Source: Takakia lepidozioides (Eukaryota > Plantae > Bryophyta). Taken from it: a stretch of DNA of 64,000 nt. The DNA lies in the NCBI GenBank assembly GCA_030704615.1, contig CM060731.1:18414001-18478000 (forward strand), in the 5' to 3' direction. The position numbers and the translations under genes were made by a program. Position 1 is the stretch's first letter; every line of letters starts with the position of its first letter. A model generated the notes under the pieces. The model saw only the letters and a program-made list of their open reading frames with translations, was not told where the DNA came from and ran no database searches. Of this stretch, positions 1-14,600 are shown in pieces.

Positions 1-768
1 TCAGTAACAATTCCTGAAGTCTGCAGCTCACAAACGTGTGCACATGTATGAGGAAATGCAAGGCAATATAGCCACAGACCTCCAGCATTCTAATCTCCAA
101 CAGCTACGCCGAATTGGATTTTCCATGGCGGGTTCACAATGTGAGTATTCATGGCCAACCTTACATCCACTTATTATCTACACAGCAAATATGAAAGACA
201 CACATTATTATATACAATTGTACTTGCTTTCCCTTACAACCATGCATCTTCAATTTCTCGCACTGTGAAAGAACCCAGTTACACAGCGACGATCTCAAAA
301 CCAATGTTCCAGGACTTGTGAATTGCACACTTCGCCTCTTAACATTGAAGTGCCCAACAAGATATAGAATAGCAGAGTGAAATGATCAAAGAGATCCATA
401 TGCACGGGCACGCAACACCACAAGAGGTTTGAAACTTCAGCCAGAGCACCACAACCTTTGTTACTTTATACTTTACATAGGCACACTTCACCAACTTTCC
501 ATGCGTTGTCAAGGGTTCTGAGGGTGAACTGAAGGTGCCAAGGAAAAAATAGGAAGTACAGAATATCTTCTGGTGAGTCCATTTCCTACTAAGAATTAGT
601 GTGCAGACAGGTGCTAGCATGCTGACTAACCAAAGGGTCAGATACTTCCCACACAAATGGGGTGACCAGGGACAATGTATTGCATCACAAGCTTTTTCCA
701 GACAACTCTATGAAGCCCATTAGCAGTATGGCACACTCTCAAACTCCCACATTGCAAACAAACACAGT

Positions 769-3700
769 CTACCTCGATGGGTGGCGCCTACTTCCCCTGA
801 ATAGGCTTAATTTTAATCGTTGGCTAAAAGCGTCTAGTCTGCTGCTGTGTGCTGGTGAACTTCCATTGCTCCCGTTGCTATCAACCTCATCCCCATCTTT
901 CGGCTCACCTTCCTTGATGTCTACATCCTGTAGTGATGCAGCTATAGCCTCCATCACCATCTGTGATGCAACAAAGGCACTGTCAAAACTAGTGTCTATG
1001 GCCACAAGGCTGTGGCAAGTAGAGTTGAAGTGTCTCTCTGAGTAGTGAATGGTTGAAGTTCGCTGTAATATGGAACATGAACCACAAACGTAAGGACTGA
1101 GTTCAATAGTAGCAAGACACTCCAGTGGATGGAAACAAAATACTTTGTCTACACTTCAAAAATTGTTCAGACCAAAGAAGACATGAAACAGACCCAAGGA
1201 CAGGCAAGGCAGAGGTTAGATTTCAACACACCCTTTCTTCATCATCAGGATTCGAAGGAAAATCTGCAAATCTGTCGTCATTGGTGGGTGACGCCTGTCC
1301 AGAGCTCTCCAGGCTCATACCATTCGATGAATAAGGGCCCCAGACCTCGTTGAATCCATTTGGAGACTCGTATTTTGTGTGGTGCGAGAAATTGACAAGG
1401 TTCCCGTTCTCATGACCCTGGCCAGTGCCAATCAAGTATTACTGCTGAGCAAAGAAGGAGTATTGAGGAAGTAGAATACCAAAGGATCAGAAGAGCATTC
1501 CTCTTCATCTATCAGATCCAATCAAATACTGATCAAGGATCCCAGCCATTCAAGAGCTAGGAAATTTGATGCTTCCATCACTAGAAATGCAATAAGAATC
1601 TTCAGAACGGTGTCACTAGGTAGGCTATCTCTGATAGCAGCTCGCCACGTATGAACTGAAGTAGAAACCTACCATTGGAGGACAAAAGGATCAATTTCAT
1701 CTCAAATCTTGATCTGAATTTGCAGGCAACGTTACAATAGAGGTTGATAAGAGTGTTCAAATAGTGCTCATTGAAAGCAGAAGCTCTGTTTGAAATTGCT
1801 GAAGGAATTGAAGTGCATAAATGTGATGTACCCCGCTAATCCACCAACATTATGACATCACCTATGAAGCAAGAAAGGGAGAAATTACATCCAAGAAGCC
1901 ACATGAAGATGATCCTTCAAACCCGTCAGTGTCGAAATCTCCCCTCATTAACTCTGAGACATCATCCTGCTGCTCTGATAGGTTCACTGGGACCTGACCA
2001 ATCGATACCCACGTGATAGCCACAGACTCAGAGAGATTTAAAACAAAATCTAAACTATGATTCTAATGCCTGGTATAACCCTCTAAAAGCGATGAGGTTT
2101 GCCCAGAGCTGTGGACTTCCTTCATTGACATCTGTCTACATGGCCTGATTCATGAACTGTGGTGTAAATCACAACTTCATGGGTCCTTGCTAACACCTCT
2201 ATTCAAATACAATTCAGGCCTTGACATAAAGTCAAACAGATAGACAGTTCAAAGAGTGCATGGTGTGGATCAAATCACTTCAGAGCGGCTACAAAGCAAG
2301 AGAGCCAGAAGTATGGAAAACGTACAACAGTTCTACTCATCTGCCATCGAGAACGAGTGTGCGTGAGGGCTTCCTCGGTCGATTCTGCAAATTGGCCTGC
2401 CACCAACACCCAATGTGCAATGATGAATACTCTATTCCCCTCAATTCAAACCATTAGGGTCTCCAGAGGTGAAAATGAGACATAACCTTACACAAGAATC
2501 CACATCTTTAGTTAGATGGAGGCAAACCCTGTCTGGTAAACAATACTTGATGGTTTGCACATTGTATCATACTGCAACGGCAGCAACAGACACGAGAATT
2601 GGTCCTTTTCAAAGCACTCTCCCTGGGCCTGTGTGTGATGCATATTTTAACAACCCCCAGTCATCCCACCCTCCATTCAAACATCACAGAACACCTTGCA
2701 AAAGCATGCCCCTGACTGCACACTCCCTCTTTGGCCCATTGGCCTTTGGAGGGACAATATGCAGTGCCTTTCTTTCTGTCTGTGTAAACTATTTCTGGTA
2801 TTCTAAGAAAAAGTCTACTGTTGGCCCTACTCTTACGACTTCATGTTGTACTTAGCAAGTAGCACTTTGCACTGTTCAGGAGCATGAATAACACCAATAG
2901 TTGAGGAGTACCATCCGGGCAAGGGCCACTTGCAGGAGAAGAACCAACACGTACAGTGGGTCGAAGTGGGCGCACAGCCCCCATAATCTCATACAGTACA
3001 TCCTGCAAGCCCAAATAACTGCAGTCCTTAAGTTCATTATTTTTGACAAGAGATACATTGCTGCACCTGAGGAATGCCTAGTTGGGACGGGAGAAAAGGG
3101 CAAAAGGGAAGGGAAGAGAGCAGAACAGGGGCCACTACCACCAGAGAAGGCACAGATTGATCTGGTCTTTCAGACCTTTCAACAAAAAGTCGGGAGAGGA
3201 GAGAAAGGAAGGATGAAGGGCAAAGAGAAACAGACAAACCTCATCAACATCCTCATCAATTTCCAAACTGTCTTCATAGTAAACTGGTTCAGTGGCCTCC
3301 ATGGCAAGTGGCTCCTCAGGTGGGCGAAGCACATTGTAGAAGAAAATGGTGATGGAGTCATAGTAGAACTGTGGGCGTGGTGAGTTATGATCGCCTTCAA
3401 ACTTTATCATGTTTTTGTCCCCCTGCACCCCAACAACCAGCTTGCTATGATCGGATCTCGATCGAACCGTATTATCTTCTTGATTGATTTTGCTGCAGAG
3501 CTCAAGCAGGGACAAAGAAGAGATGGCTGCACCTCTCGCACTACGATTATGGAGGGAGAGTGAGGAAGGGACACAGATTATTAATGATTTGCAGTCGTTA
3601 TCAGCAGGCATGAGGAAATGGGACGCAACCTACTGCATAAGCCTTGCAGATGCGATCTGAGTGGTGCGGTTGGATGAATATGTCCTCCGTCCCGTGGCCA

Positions 3701-6700
3701 AACAGAGCGGGAATAAACGACTTAGTCGCCACCTGAAAGTAGGTAACAGAAAACACACCCTTATTTCCTACATCATGAAATCATCCAATTAAAAAACAGG
3801 TTCAGCTTTTGGAAGCTGGTCAGAAATTTATTTAAGCAACAATAAAGGGATCATCCAATCTAAACGGATCTTGCACATTCTGACAAGGAAAGCAAGAGTT
3901 CAAGAAGGAATAAGAGAAAGGCCACAGCTAATGAGCTTGGTAAGATTGGTGATAGTAAATAACCTGAGTAGTGTCCAGGTCCATGAGATCAAATTGAGCC
4001 TTCTTTTGTATCACCTTTCGCATATACTGGACAGCTACCTTCACCTGCCCCATTTTCAAGATGAACACAAGGGGACCAACTGTTTAATTCAACACACAGC
4101 CAGTCATTCATATTGCTCGTAGTGAGGTAAGATTGAAAATATGCTGCTCTCCACTTGTTCATGGCAGTTGTTGCAGCACAAAGGCAATAATGGCTGATAG
4201 TGCAAAGCTAGGTTTGTTGGATTCGTGGGGCTTTCCATACTCATGCTAGCAGTGCTTGTTCACCTGTTTTCCTTCTCTTACAGGGACTCTAGCACTTGAA
4301 ACAACATAATAAATTTCAATGACGATCAATGAACATTCCTCTGGGGACTCATGTGAAGCTGAAATCAAATAGAAATGTAAACTTGATGTACTCCAATTTA
4401 CAAGCTTATAGTATTCCAGGTTTTCTTCCACCAGTATTTGAACATTCTTGACATAACTGTGTTGTCAACCTCTTGCTCATGGACAGCGCAACCCCAAAAA
4501 ATCCCATCAAACAAAACACTATATTGGACCTGGATGCTCTTCACACATCCAGTCAGACCATGTACTAGAAAATGCTGCAATGTGGAAAGGTTCATGGCTG
4601 TTGCCTGCTATTATTCAAGAAAAGCAATACGCTCCTCTATTGTACAAACCAATCAAGGTCAGACAGATCTACTGGCAACAGTTTCCACGACTCTGTTGCA
4701 TGTTCATGTTCAGCTTGACACATCCAATCCTGACTTGCTTGAGTACTTGAGCAGGGAAAAATACCGTGAACTTTGGAAGACGGATCTTGTAGACATCAAC
4801 AAGTTCCATCATAAGATCATTGAGATTGGAGAAGGGGCTGTCCAACACCATGCCGGCTATAGATGGATCCTGAGCTCCATACATTAGACTGTTCCAAGTT
4901 CCGCACAGAGACACCAAGAAATCTGTGTAAATTTTTGCCTTTCAACACTTTGCCAACTGGATGCTCTCAAAACTTTGCAACAGCCAAAACACCTACTGAA
5001 GCAAGAAATAGCTGCCAGCAAAGTTGATGAATTTAGAACTCCTGAAAAATCGGACATCATAGTCCCCTCATAACAACAAAATCCCCATATGAAATATACT
5101 CAACCAAGGACTTGGCTCCCTCTGTCTTAGTGTTCTGTGTGTGTTGGACTGCTGACTATTTATCTGAAGCCAATGGCTCCGACATGGCATATATGGGAAC
5201 CATGCTCTCCTTAGTGGATGAGCTAATTCGGAAATAATGCAGGTCTGTTTGAAGTCTCCAGTTTCTCCCAGCACCTGTTTCTAGGTGTTTGTCTGTATTC
5301 AATCACTCAAACAGACTTATCACCCATTCACACAAAATAGTACTGCTCAGCATTGGATAACTGTGTCACTCACCTAGTAACAGCTCCCATGGAGCGACCC
5401 CAGAGACCGATGCGTGAAACTTGCTTATCAGTCCGTAGATAAGATACAACTGCCTTCAAATCATCCATCTAGACACATACAGAATGAAAGGTTTCAGCAC
5501 AGGTATACATGCAATTTGAGCACTAAGGCAGCCATGGGCAGATCAAAAGTGGAAACTGAGTCATGGTCATCATAAACCACAGATGACCAGAGCAGCCATA
5601 AAACGTGAGGTCTTTAATTGCTCTAGGAGGTAGCCAGTAATGTCTCCACAATTCCGTAAGACACAGATCAGGTGAACAAGACTCACTTGGGTGATAGAAA
5701 ACTTTCAGAATATAGTGTGCAAGACACATTGTAGCTAACAATGGAACTTCAGATAGGTCCACTGCAACTTCTCTAGTTCTCAATGTACTTCAACAAATGG
5801 AACACAAATAGGTACTCTGAGAGTGTAAGGTTTTCTTGGACATCACTGACAGCCACAGACTCTTCTTTGCAGTAACATCACAACTGATGACGTGTGATTT
5901 TCAGTTTCTTGACAACATGCAGAGTAGGCAGAGGAGCCATTTTACCTCATTCCAGCCCAGGCTCACATAATCACCATCAGAGAGACCGGAGCCTGAGAAG
6001 TCGAGTGTAAAAACAGTGATGTTGGACGGGAGTAATATTATAGCTGCTTCATTTGCGTCTGCCCGACACCCACTGCAGCCATTCATACATCATATCATTG
6101 ACATAGCATTCTAGTTGTGGTTCGGCCCTCTAGTTTAGCAGACCATGTAGTAGTGGAAGACAACGAAATTATTCATATTTGGAATGACAGACTCAGGAAA
6201 CATTCCATGAACTATCCCGTTCTTAATACTGCACCAAACATTTTAGTCCCAAAGGTGAGGAGTTCAGATCCCATTTCCCCCTTTAGGGCAGCCTGCCATT
6301 TAAACCGACCCATGTCTGACATCAGCCCATGCTGGCATCAGCCAAGGTTCAAAAAAGGTGAAACCAACCCCTCATCAGCCACCACGCCTTATTCTGCGGA
6401 GGTTTGGCTGGAATGACCCATGAACAGGTCACGAGCACATGGGCAAGCAGGCTTCCAACCCGATTACCCCCTACGTGATGTCAGAAAACGGGCTGACCCG
6501 TTAAGTGGCCCTAAAGACATGGTGGCCTTTTCTCTCAAACAGACATCATGCAACAGAAGTGCAATGTCAGTTGACAGCCCTCCCTTATGAAAAAAGATTT
6601 GGGGCCTAGTGGGCAATCTCTGCTAAGAGGCTTGCCTTAAGCCTATCCACCAGATGTAGCAAGAAGCGAAAAGATAAATCTCAGTGGGAAGTCTCTTCAA

Positions 6701-8849
6701 TTTGACTTCAGAATAGCCCTCATACATGGATTGTCCCACTGTAAATCATCAACAGCTCGCTTCAGGATTAAATTAGCCACAGGAGAATTCCAGGTCATGT
6801 AGAGAGTTCCCTTGCCTATTAACAAGAGAACAAGAAAACAAGTGTTATTGGTGTCAACGTAATTTCACCCTAATATGGAAACTTGAAAATTGCTCACACT
6901 CGCAAGTTTTCACATCTCCCTGTTGCCTCCACTGCTTCATGGCAAGGAACTGAGTCAAATGTTGCTAGGTGAAATCCTAGAGGGTCAGGTTCAGGAGTAA
7001 AGCTACTCTAGGACAATCAAACAATATCTTCAGGAGCCCCTAAGCACACCACAGACCTGACAAAAACTAAAGATTACCTGTTACCATGGCAGTAGACGAC
7101 ACAAGGGAGGGGCGTATCGTCTGGCAACGGGTGAGGCATGTAGTGGCTGCATTGCAACACGTGGCCTCTGCTATTTGTCACCTGCATGCCACTCCAACAT
7201 TGATATTGAGCAGCTGCAGCTAGACCTCTTTCGCACTCACACACATTCAATCGTGATCTAGCATGTGCAACTATATCTTTCTCATCAATGATCTTCATCT
7301 AACAAGCCAACTGTGAGAAGGGAAAATTGTGTGAACGCTCCATTGATGATTTTGCTGCTCTGTGCAGTGACTAGCTCCAAGGACATCCTCATACTGAAAC
7401 TGTGCTAGGATTTGTAATCAGCTAGTAGTTGTCGGTCGATCTCCAGTCTTGAAATGCGGTATTTATTTTCTACAACAATGGTGGCCCCAAGTTTATGTAG
7501 CGGTACCGGAGAGCCTTGGACACCTGAATGCCTGTAAATATTGAACCTACTTCACCAATATAGGATGACCTTTGCACAAGTGGTTGAGGTTCATCTGTCT
7601 GCATTGTTGTAGTCGCCACCATATATTACTTGTTCCCCAACTATTTCCCAAGGAATCCCAGGCACCAGTGGTCCAACCTCACCCTCATTCATGGAGAAAA
7701 CACACGTGGAAATTTTTCCCTAAAGTGTCGAAGTTCCACCATAGACTGAGCATTCATTTTGCATTGCAACACTCCTGCACTATCTTCAAACTTCCCACTT
7801 CTCAGCCAAGGAACCAATCTTGAAGGCCTTGCAGCTGAGGGATCAGCATTTAATCTGGGGTGTCTGCCATTGACATGGAAACTAAACCTCAGAACATTTG
7901 GACTGAGAGAAACCAAAATCCTAGCATAGTGACCATGACTGTGAGATAACTAGAAGGCTTGCCTCAAGGTCTCTGCGCATGTATCTTCGTCCCTTTAGAA
8001 GAAACTCCTGCTCCAGCAAATCCTGTGAAGGACTGTAGTCCGCTCTGCAATAGTCAGGACAAACCATCACTTCATCAAACTCTGTCTGTTTTCTTGGCCC
8101 TGTGTGTCTCCTTCTCTTTGGTACCTCCTTCTATCTCCTGTGTCCAAATTTGGAAAATAGAGTCCAAAAGGAAAAACGGGAGAGAAAAGTCATTATTTGC
8201 TCGCTTCCAAGGTTCCCTACTGTCAAACTGCCTGCATCCAAGCCAAATGTCCAGAGGCAAGGAAAATAAAGCATTCTTATACAATTGGTGCAAAATGCTA
8301 ATAAATTTAGAAGATCTCGCCCATACACAATGCCACATACACTAGTTATGCCTTTTGAGCTTGAAGTGCTTGCTAAAAATTTCTGTGTATGCAGCCAAAC
8401 TGCATTCAGCTGTGAAGGATCCATGAGACAGGTAAACCATCTGTGATTTCTTGGCACTTAGTTCAACTCATACAAACATGATGTGACCAAACAGGCAACT
8501 CGGAGACAAAACAGAGAGATTTGAATATGCGAGCAAAAGCTGAGCACAATGCACATGCAGGTGGAACAAGGCTGTGATAAAGTGTATGAGAGATAATAAG
8601 AGAAGAGTGAGTTGACACACACAACGCACACACACGGGGGAGAGAGAGAATATTGAAAGATTATTGCATAAAGGAAAGACAGATATAAGAAAGATATTAA
8701 GCATTTCACATGTAACATTGAGAGGGGAGCGGTGCAACGGGCAGAGAGGTAGCGAAGAAAGAGAGGAAGTCGCTCAAACAGTGAAGGAAAATGGAATAGT
8801 GAACAAACCGCGGTGGGCGGATCACGAAGTTCACCAACTGCTCCATCAT
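769..8849 (-). CDS. Multi-exon alpha/beta-hydrolase (YqkD/ABHD-like serine hydrolase)
   Basis: Exons read by eye: 8809-8849 MMEQLVNFVIRPPR; 7963-8044 ADYSPSQDLLEQEFLLKGRRYMRRDLE; ~7078-7181 VTNSRGHVLQCSHY...VVYCHGN; ~5946-6071 GCRADANEAA...DFSGSGLSDGDYVSLGWNE; ~5374-5469 with nucleophile motif GLWGRSMGA; ~4767-4885 AGMVLDSPF; 3964-4044; ~3633-3732 GHGTEDIFIQPHHS; ~3240-3422 FEGDHNSPRP; low-complexity exons near 2912-3002, 2325-2385, 1889-1993, 1325-1443 and 769-1062 (stop at 769-771). Confidence 0.88.
6286..6511. mobile_element. Putative PIF/Harbinger-like MITE in a hydrolase intron
   Basis: Termini tttAGGGC...GCCCTaaa. Subterminal inverted match acccatgtctgacatca / tgatgtcagaaaacggg. Confidence 0.35.
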
Positions 8850-10219
8850 CCTCCGCCAATACAACATTCAATATGAAGCCTTCTCCCTCACCCTCTCCTG
8901 ATGATATGTATTTACACTCATCAAAGGCGAGGCCTCCAGTGAGGCTGCGACCTAACTCATCCCACTTCCATCGTCCCTTGGTGACTCTTGATCAGAATCA
9001 GCCGAACTGGCCATGTCTCCCTCCCTAGATTATCTATACCATCCCTGTATAAAATGCAGATCATAGACCAAATTTGATCCAGGTTACTATTCCATTGGCA
9101 ATCCCACTGCCTATGGCTCCAACACTGTATCCGGGAAATCACAGCAAACAACAGCGCATTGCGTTTCCTTTTCTGGAATCTCCAACCCTAGCCTCCCAAA
9201 ACTCCAACCTTGTCACGCACTGTCACTCTCAGTTCTCTCCTTCAACTCGCTCACCCTTACTGAAACCGCTCTCTAAGCATTCCAGATGCTCCAACTCGTA
9301 ATATCCTCATCCTCTCCGCCTTCTCCAAACCTCCCTCCCTCCCCCGCCTACCCTCGACTCCCCCACTCCCTTCCACTCCTCAGTTTGTTAATCCCTCTTT
9401 CTCCTCCCTCTCTCCCCCTCTCTCACTTGTTCCTCTTCCAACACTTGCACCTGTCCTCCTTCAATCTACAACGCAGTGCGCATCACCACCAATCCAACTC
9501 GCTCCCCGAGCACGCAGCAAACACACACACAATCTGACATACTTGCACAGACCGGGCAGGGCGCTGCCAAGGCTGGCGTGCGCTCGACGAGTGGGAGCCA
9601 TGGGGACAACGGGAAATAAGCCAGCCTTGGCGAAACCCTGGCGAAGCCCCGGCGAGCTGGCGACAGCGTTTCATTTCCAGGCTGGCGAAACCCAGCTCAC
9701 CTGCGGCAAAAGCCTGCCCGACGTCAGGCCCCGGATTCCACACCGTCACCACATTCCCATTTTTTTATTTTTTAACAAATCAATAGGTAGCATAAATTCT
9801 ATCTAAAATTAAAAAACACGCCTCGCCGGGAAAGAAAACGATAATCTCATCCCGACAACTTGACGCACCAATGCAAAGGATCGCACGAGTGGACGAAAAG
9901 GTCCGTAGGATGGATGAACAGCGCTCCTGGGTGGATGAGGCTCAGGCGTGGCTAGTGGCTACACGCAACCCACCAGTGTGGCGACAGCGACCGACCGGGG
10001 TTGACCGCAAGACGTACATACTCGTAAAATAGTTGATGAGCCCTTAATTAGCCCCATTGGTTCTTAGTGTCTCCGAAGTAGGATCCTGAAATGCATTAGT
10101 TGATGGTACGTTAGGCGGCACATGTTGGGCTCTATTATTACAGCATCAACTACAAAGTCAACAATTAATATACAGACTTTTATGGTTCCAGTATGGCCAA
10201 CCACTAGTCGGACTACTAG

Positions 10220-10385
10220 TCGGTACGGTGGCTCCAGTGGATAGTGTTGCACGGCAAGCCATTCAGGTGATCTGGGGCTCGATTCCTGCTAGGGAAGATA
10301 TTGTCGGGCTTAGGGTCTAGGGATCGGTGCCTCCTGGCATGGCTTTCACTTTAAGGAATAAACAAAGAAAAAACAAAGATAAAAG
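10220..10385 (+). mobile_element. tRNA-derived SINE-like element
   Basis: Pol III A-box-like TGGCTCCAGTGG (10229-10240), B-box-like GGCTCGATTCC (10276-10286) and an A-rich tail (aataaacaaagaaaaaacaaagataaaa). Confidence 0.5.
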
Positions 10386-10407
10386 CCATTCTCGGAAAAT
10401 ATACCAA

Positions 10408-10709
10408 CAGTCAGTAGCTCAGTTGGTTAAGTGCACTGAGTGCTACCCAGACGATTCTGGGGTCAAATCTTGCTACTGACTGGTGTGGTATGGTTCCTGG
10501 GGTGGTGCCCCATTCCTACGCCTCATGGCGGGTTACTGTGAAAGAGGTTATTTTCTCCTCTCACTAGCAAGGGCCCGATTACTACCAGGCAGGGCCCACT
10601 TTGTTAGCTTCATGGCTTCATTTGCAAGGTTATTGTCTCCTTGCCTTACTAATTTTTTCTGGTCGGTCCTTTACCCAAAAATAATAATCATAATAACAAT
10701 AATAATAAT
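10408..10709 (+). mobile_element. tRNA-derived SINE-like element
   Basis: tRNA-like head with acceptor stem CAGTCAG/CTGACTG (10408-10482), A-box TAGCTCAGTTGG and B-box-like GGGTCAAATCT. An unrelated body follows, then an (AAT)n tail. Confidence 0.6.
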
Positions 10710-10753
10710 GTGGGGTATGTTTGTGGGCATTTACTAGATCCATTGGGATGATG

Positions 10754-10948
10754 TAGTGTTCTTTTTTACTGGCGAAAAATCGCCAGATTTCGACTTGGAG
10801 AAGGGTCAGCTACTTGTACAAAGGAATTAATGGGGATAAAATCCAAAAGTTTCGCCAAAAAGCGCCAGTTGAATATCAGGAGCCTAATATTGCTGACGTG
10901 GACTAGTTGATATGTGCCACCTGGAATATAGCCGCTTTTCTAACCCTG
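10754..10948. mobile_element. Degenerate MITE related to the 28523-28770 element
   Basis: Starts tagtgttctttttt..ggcgaaaaatcgccagatttcgac, the same head as at 28523, and ends aaccctg. No TSD found. Confidence 0.45.
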
Positions 10949-11680
10949 TCACCTCGTTATGCTCGCCACATGGGCACTGGATAGAACTTCACATGTGGGC
11001 CCGCCTGCGATTTCGGAAAAATAAAAGATAACACACTATTACTAACAGAAAGTATATTTACAGAACATAAAACGAAATTTGCCACGTTGACCTAGTCAAC
11101 CTTGGATCCCTGCAATTCCAGTCAAATGGGACATGGAATAAATTGGCAAAGATGCACGAATATCGAGTCCCGTGATGACTAGTTCTACTTAATCACTGAC
11201 GGATGGGAAATGATAATCGCGCTACAAACAGGATTCTTATGGATGAAAAGAAAAATCATCCATCCTATGACTTGTGTTCTGAGAGCGAGGACCAACACAC
11301 AACTGCCACGTGTAGGGTGGAAAGGTCAAATCCCAGATGAACTTGGTCTTGTTAGGCGGTGTAGCAGAGAATGTCTAAAAACAGATGTCTGGCTATGCAG
11401 AGCTTGATTCCAGAGTTTGCCTCCTGCAACAAAGTTTGAGCTCTGCCTCAATGGAATCTTGTGCAAGTCGATAGAATTTGCTGAGGATGGCAGTTGCATT
11501 GTCACTGTAAAAAGTAGTGAGAGAGCATATGTACTTCCAACGGTGCTTCCTACAATCTTTGTCACCTTCAGCATTTTCTGTGAGGGCACAAAAGCCTGCC
11601 TAGAAGAATGGTATCAATCCATTTTACACAAGTAACCCCAACACTACAGGAAGTAGACAGCTGCAATAAAGAAAATGTTT

Positions 11681-14600
11681 CTACTTCTTGTAGTCAGCTG
11701 CAGCCAACGGAGCCTCTAGAACTTTGAGTTTCCAAGCTGCCTCGTGCCCCCTTCTCATGGACACCCCCCTTTCCACAGCCTCGCCCGTACTTGCTTCTTC
11801 TTTCATGCTGTCTTGTGCTGACTGTTGAGTAGATTGAAACTGGGAGAGAGAGTGCTGCAGGCGCTGCGCAAGGTCTGGGTGCCCGAGAAGAAGTAACACC
11901 GTTAACAAGCGGTTTACCTCCTCTACAATCCGTGTGTTCACTGCCATACCCTGGACATGCTCCCCAAGAGCCAGCTCTTCTCCAGGACTGCAAGTGATCA
12001 CCCCACAAGTGATCACTCTAATTTCCTATTGGGAAATGGCTGGAAAAAATGTGTTCCACATATACTCAATCAAGAACAGACGAAAGCATCTGCTAAAACA
12101 CGACTCAGTTCATGGCATTCTTTTGTTTATGGTCTTGCACCAGGGTTATGGGGTCAAACATGCAACATGTTTCCTACACCTGAAACTCCAAATCTAAGCC
12201 ACCTGTAAAAGAAGCCTTGTAGTCCTTGAACAACGTAGAATTCCCAACCAAAGCAATATTTTCTGGCTAGTGAGTTCACTCAAAGGGACAAAAGTAGATT
12301 TTGGTAAGTCACTGCCTTGAAATGTGGACAACAGGAGTATATGTAAAAGACTTTCATAGGGTGTCTAGCCTTGGTTTTAAACTGCAAGTGTTCCCACGTT
12401 CCAAGCACCTACTAGACAAAACAGAACAGAGCTGATCCCAAATACCAACAATCTCCACATGACTCACCTCGTCACTATACAGGGTGAGGTGCATATCTGG
12501 ATGTGAAGATACAACTGCACACTAAAAGGCTACAATCCATCCTGAACACATGATTGTGATAGCTGCGGATAACAAAACACCCACCTGCCCGCACGAATTC
12601 TGCCTCCACGGGCCTGTTGTTTTGCCTGTGACCGAGTACTGCGCTTTCCCCCCCTCTTTGACTCTATACTCATGCTAGTTGGAGCTGTGGATCTGGAGGC
12701 ACCAAGCAAGCCTATCATCAGAATCAGCAACGGGCATTGTACACGGCATGAAAAGATTATGGTAGCAATTGAATCATCTATGTGAGTACAAAGTTACAAG
12801 TCCATACGGACCTATCGAGAACAATGGAACAATACTAAACAACAAAAGAAGAAGAAATGACTGCAGCCTTGAATCAATGATAACATACAATAATTTGAGT
12901 CACCTTAACCAAACAAGCAACTAAAAGCAATCCTACAAACCAAGCCTGAATGAGTTTCATGAGCACAATCAGATGGGATAGAACTTAAGGGTTTATACAT
13001 TGAGGGGAGGAGGAAAACAAAAGAGGAAGGGAAGCAAGCAGCACCCGCGAGTGTAAGCACTCATGCTGCTGACGTGGCTACTAGTCTCAGAGGAGGTATC
13101 ATCGTCAGAGGGTTGGTGCAAATCTCCATCTGCCTCTGCCTTTAGCTTTGCTGTCAACAGCAGTCTTCGGTGTCGGACAGCCAAATAGCGTGCGTGATAC
13201 TTGCCTACCTTTTCCAACCCCTCAGTGTACTCTCCGATGAGACTAGTTGCACACTCAAGTGCAGCTGGCTCAATAAAAGAGGCTACCAGCTCATTGCGTT
13301 CATACAATGAGGCCACACGGATTGCCTCTAGCCACTCGTGTGCTTCCACCAAGGCCTGCACACCAACATCAATGTCATGGCTGTACTCTAGTGCCACCCG
13401 GGCTGCCTCGGCAGGCCGGCTCATGGCTTGGAGCTCTTCAACTAAGTCACTAGCAAGTCTTGCCCTGTCCTCCACTGAAAGCTGTAACTGGCCAGCTACA
13501 GTCATTACCCCCTGCCAGAGCCCAGCAGCTCGATAGGCAGCCATGGCTTTGTGAAGCTGTGAGCAAGCACAGAATGCAGCAGCAGCATCCTCGAAGTTTT
13601 CCTGGGCCATGAGATGATCCCCCCAGGCCTCCCTTATTGCTTCCCTGTTCCTGGAATCTCGGAACACCTGTACGCCAAGGGAGAAAAGTTCTGCATGATT
13701 CTTCATAAGTTCCAAACAGTCACCAAAATGTGTTTGCCCTGCTATTGCAAGATTTTGCAACGCAAGCTCATAGCGTTGTAACCTACAGTCGATGGAATAT
13801 CGCATCATATGTGCTGGCATTTCCTCAAGCTCCTTCAGAAGTGGTAGGAATTCCTTAGGGTCTCTCTGAGAATGGGAGGCCACCATAGCTGCAAGATGTA
13901 AATCATATAAGCCCAGAGCCTCCTTAAAGACTACCTCAGCATCTGACAGCCAAAGTAGGTGCTTCAATGCCCCCTCAGCACTCAACTTCAAATTCTTTGA
14001 TTCCCCCTCCACTAGCTGGTCAACTGCATCGAGTTCCACAGCATTTTCACCTAGTAATTCTGACTCACGTAGACGTTTAATTCGATGGAGGGCTTCTGTC
14101 AATTCTGGTGGTTGACATTTTGCAAGAGTGGCCAAAATGCACAGCTCTTTGCCTGGGCCATCCACCGCCTCTTTCTCGAGAGCTGCCCTCAAGGCACCCA
14201 AAACACCTTGCACCTTATTGGCAAGGGGAGTGCCACTGAAACCTGTCAAAGCAGGACCAGTTATAATGCCAAGATCTGTTGATTTGGTTCCCTCAGTATA
14301 GCTTGGCAGAAGGTTTGCATAAGCTGTGTCCATAATGTTATCTCCATTAAGGGCATATACCAATTCGGTGATGTGGCTAAGCTTGCCTACTTGCTTTACA
14401 AACTGGGGAGCCATGGTGCAGAAATGCTGCCAACCCCCATAGTCCACAATCACGTTGAGATTTATGTGGTGTCTCCTTGCCAACCCCATGGCATCATGAT
14501 AGCTGCCATGCCTGAGAGCTGCAGCAATTGCCCCCAGAACTAGTACTCGTGGATATATGGTCTCCAAGTTCCCACGGATTGTCTGCATAATTACAGCCAC

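Noticed and set aside
10408-10483. Functional tRNA gene
   Set aside because: The D, anticodon and T stems are imperfect, and the head is followed by a body and (AAT)n tail, which fits a SINE better.
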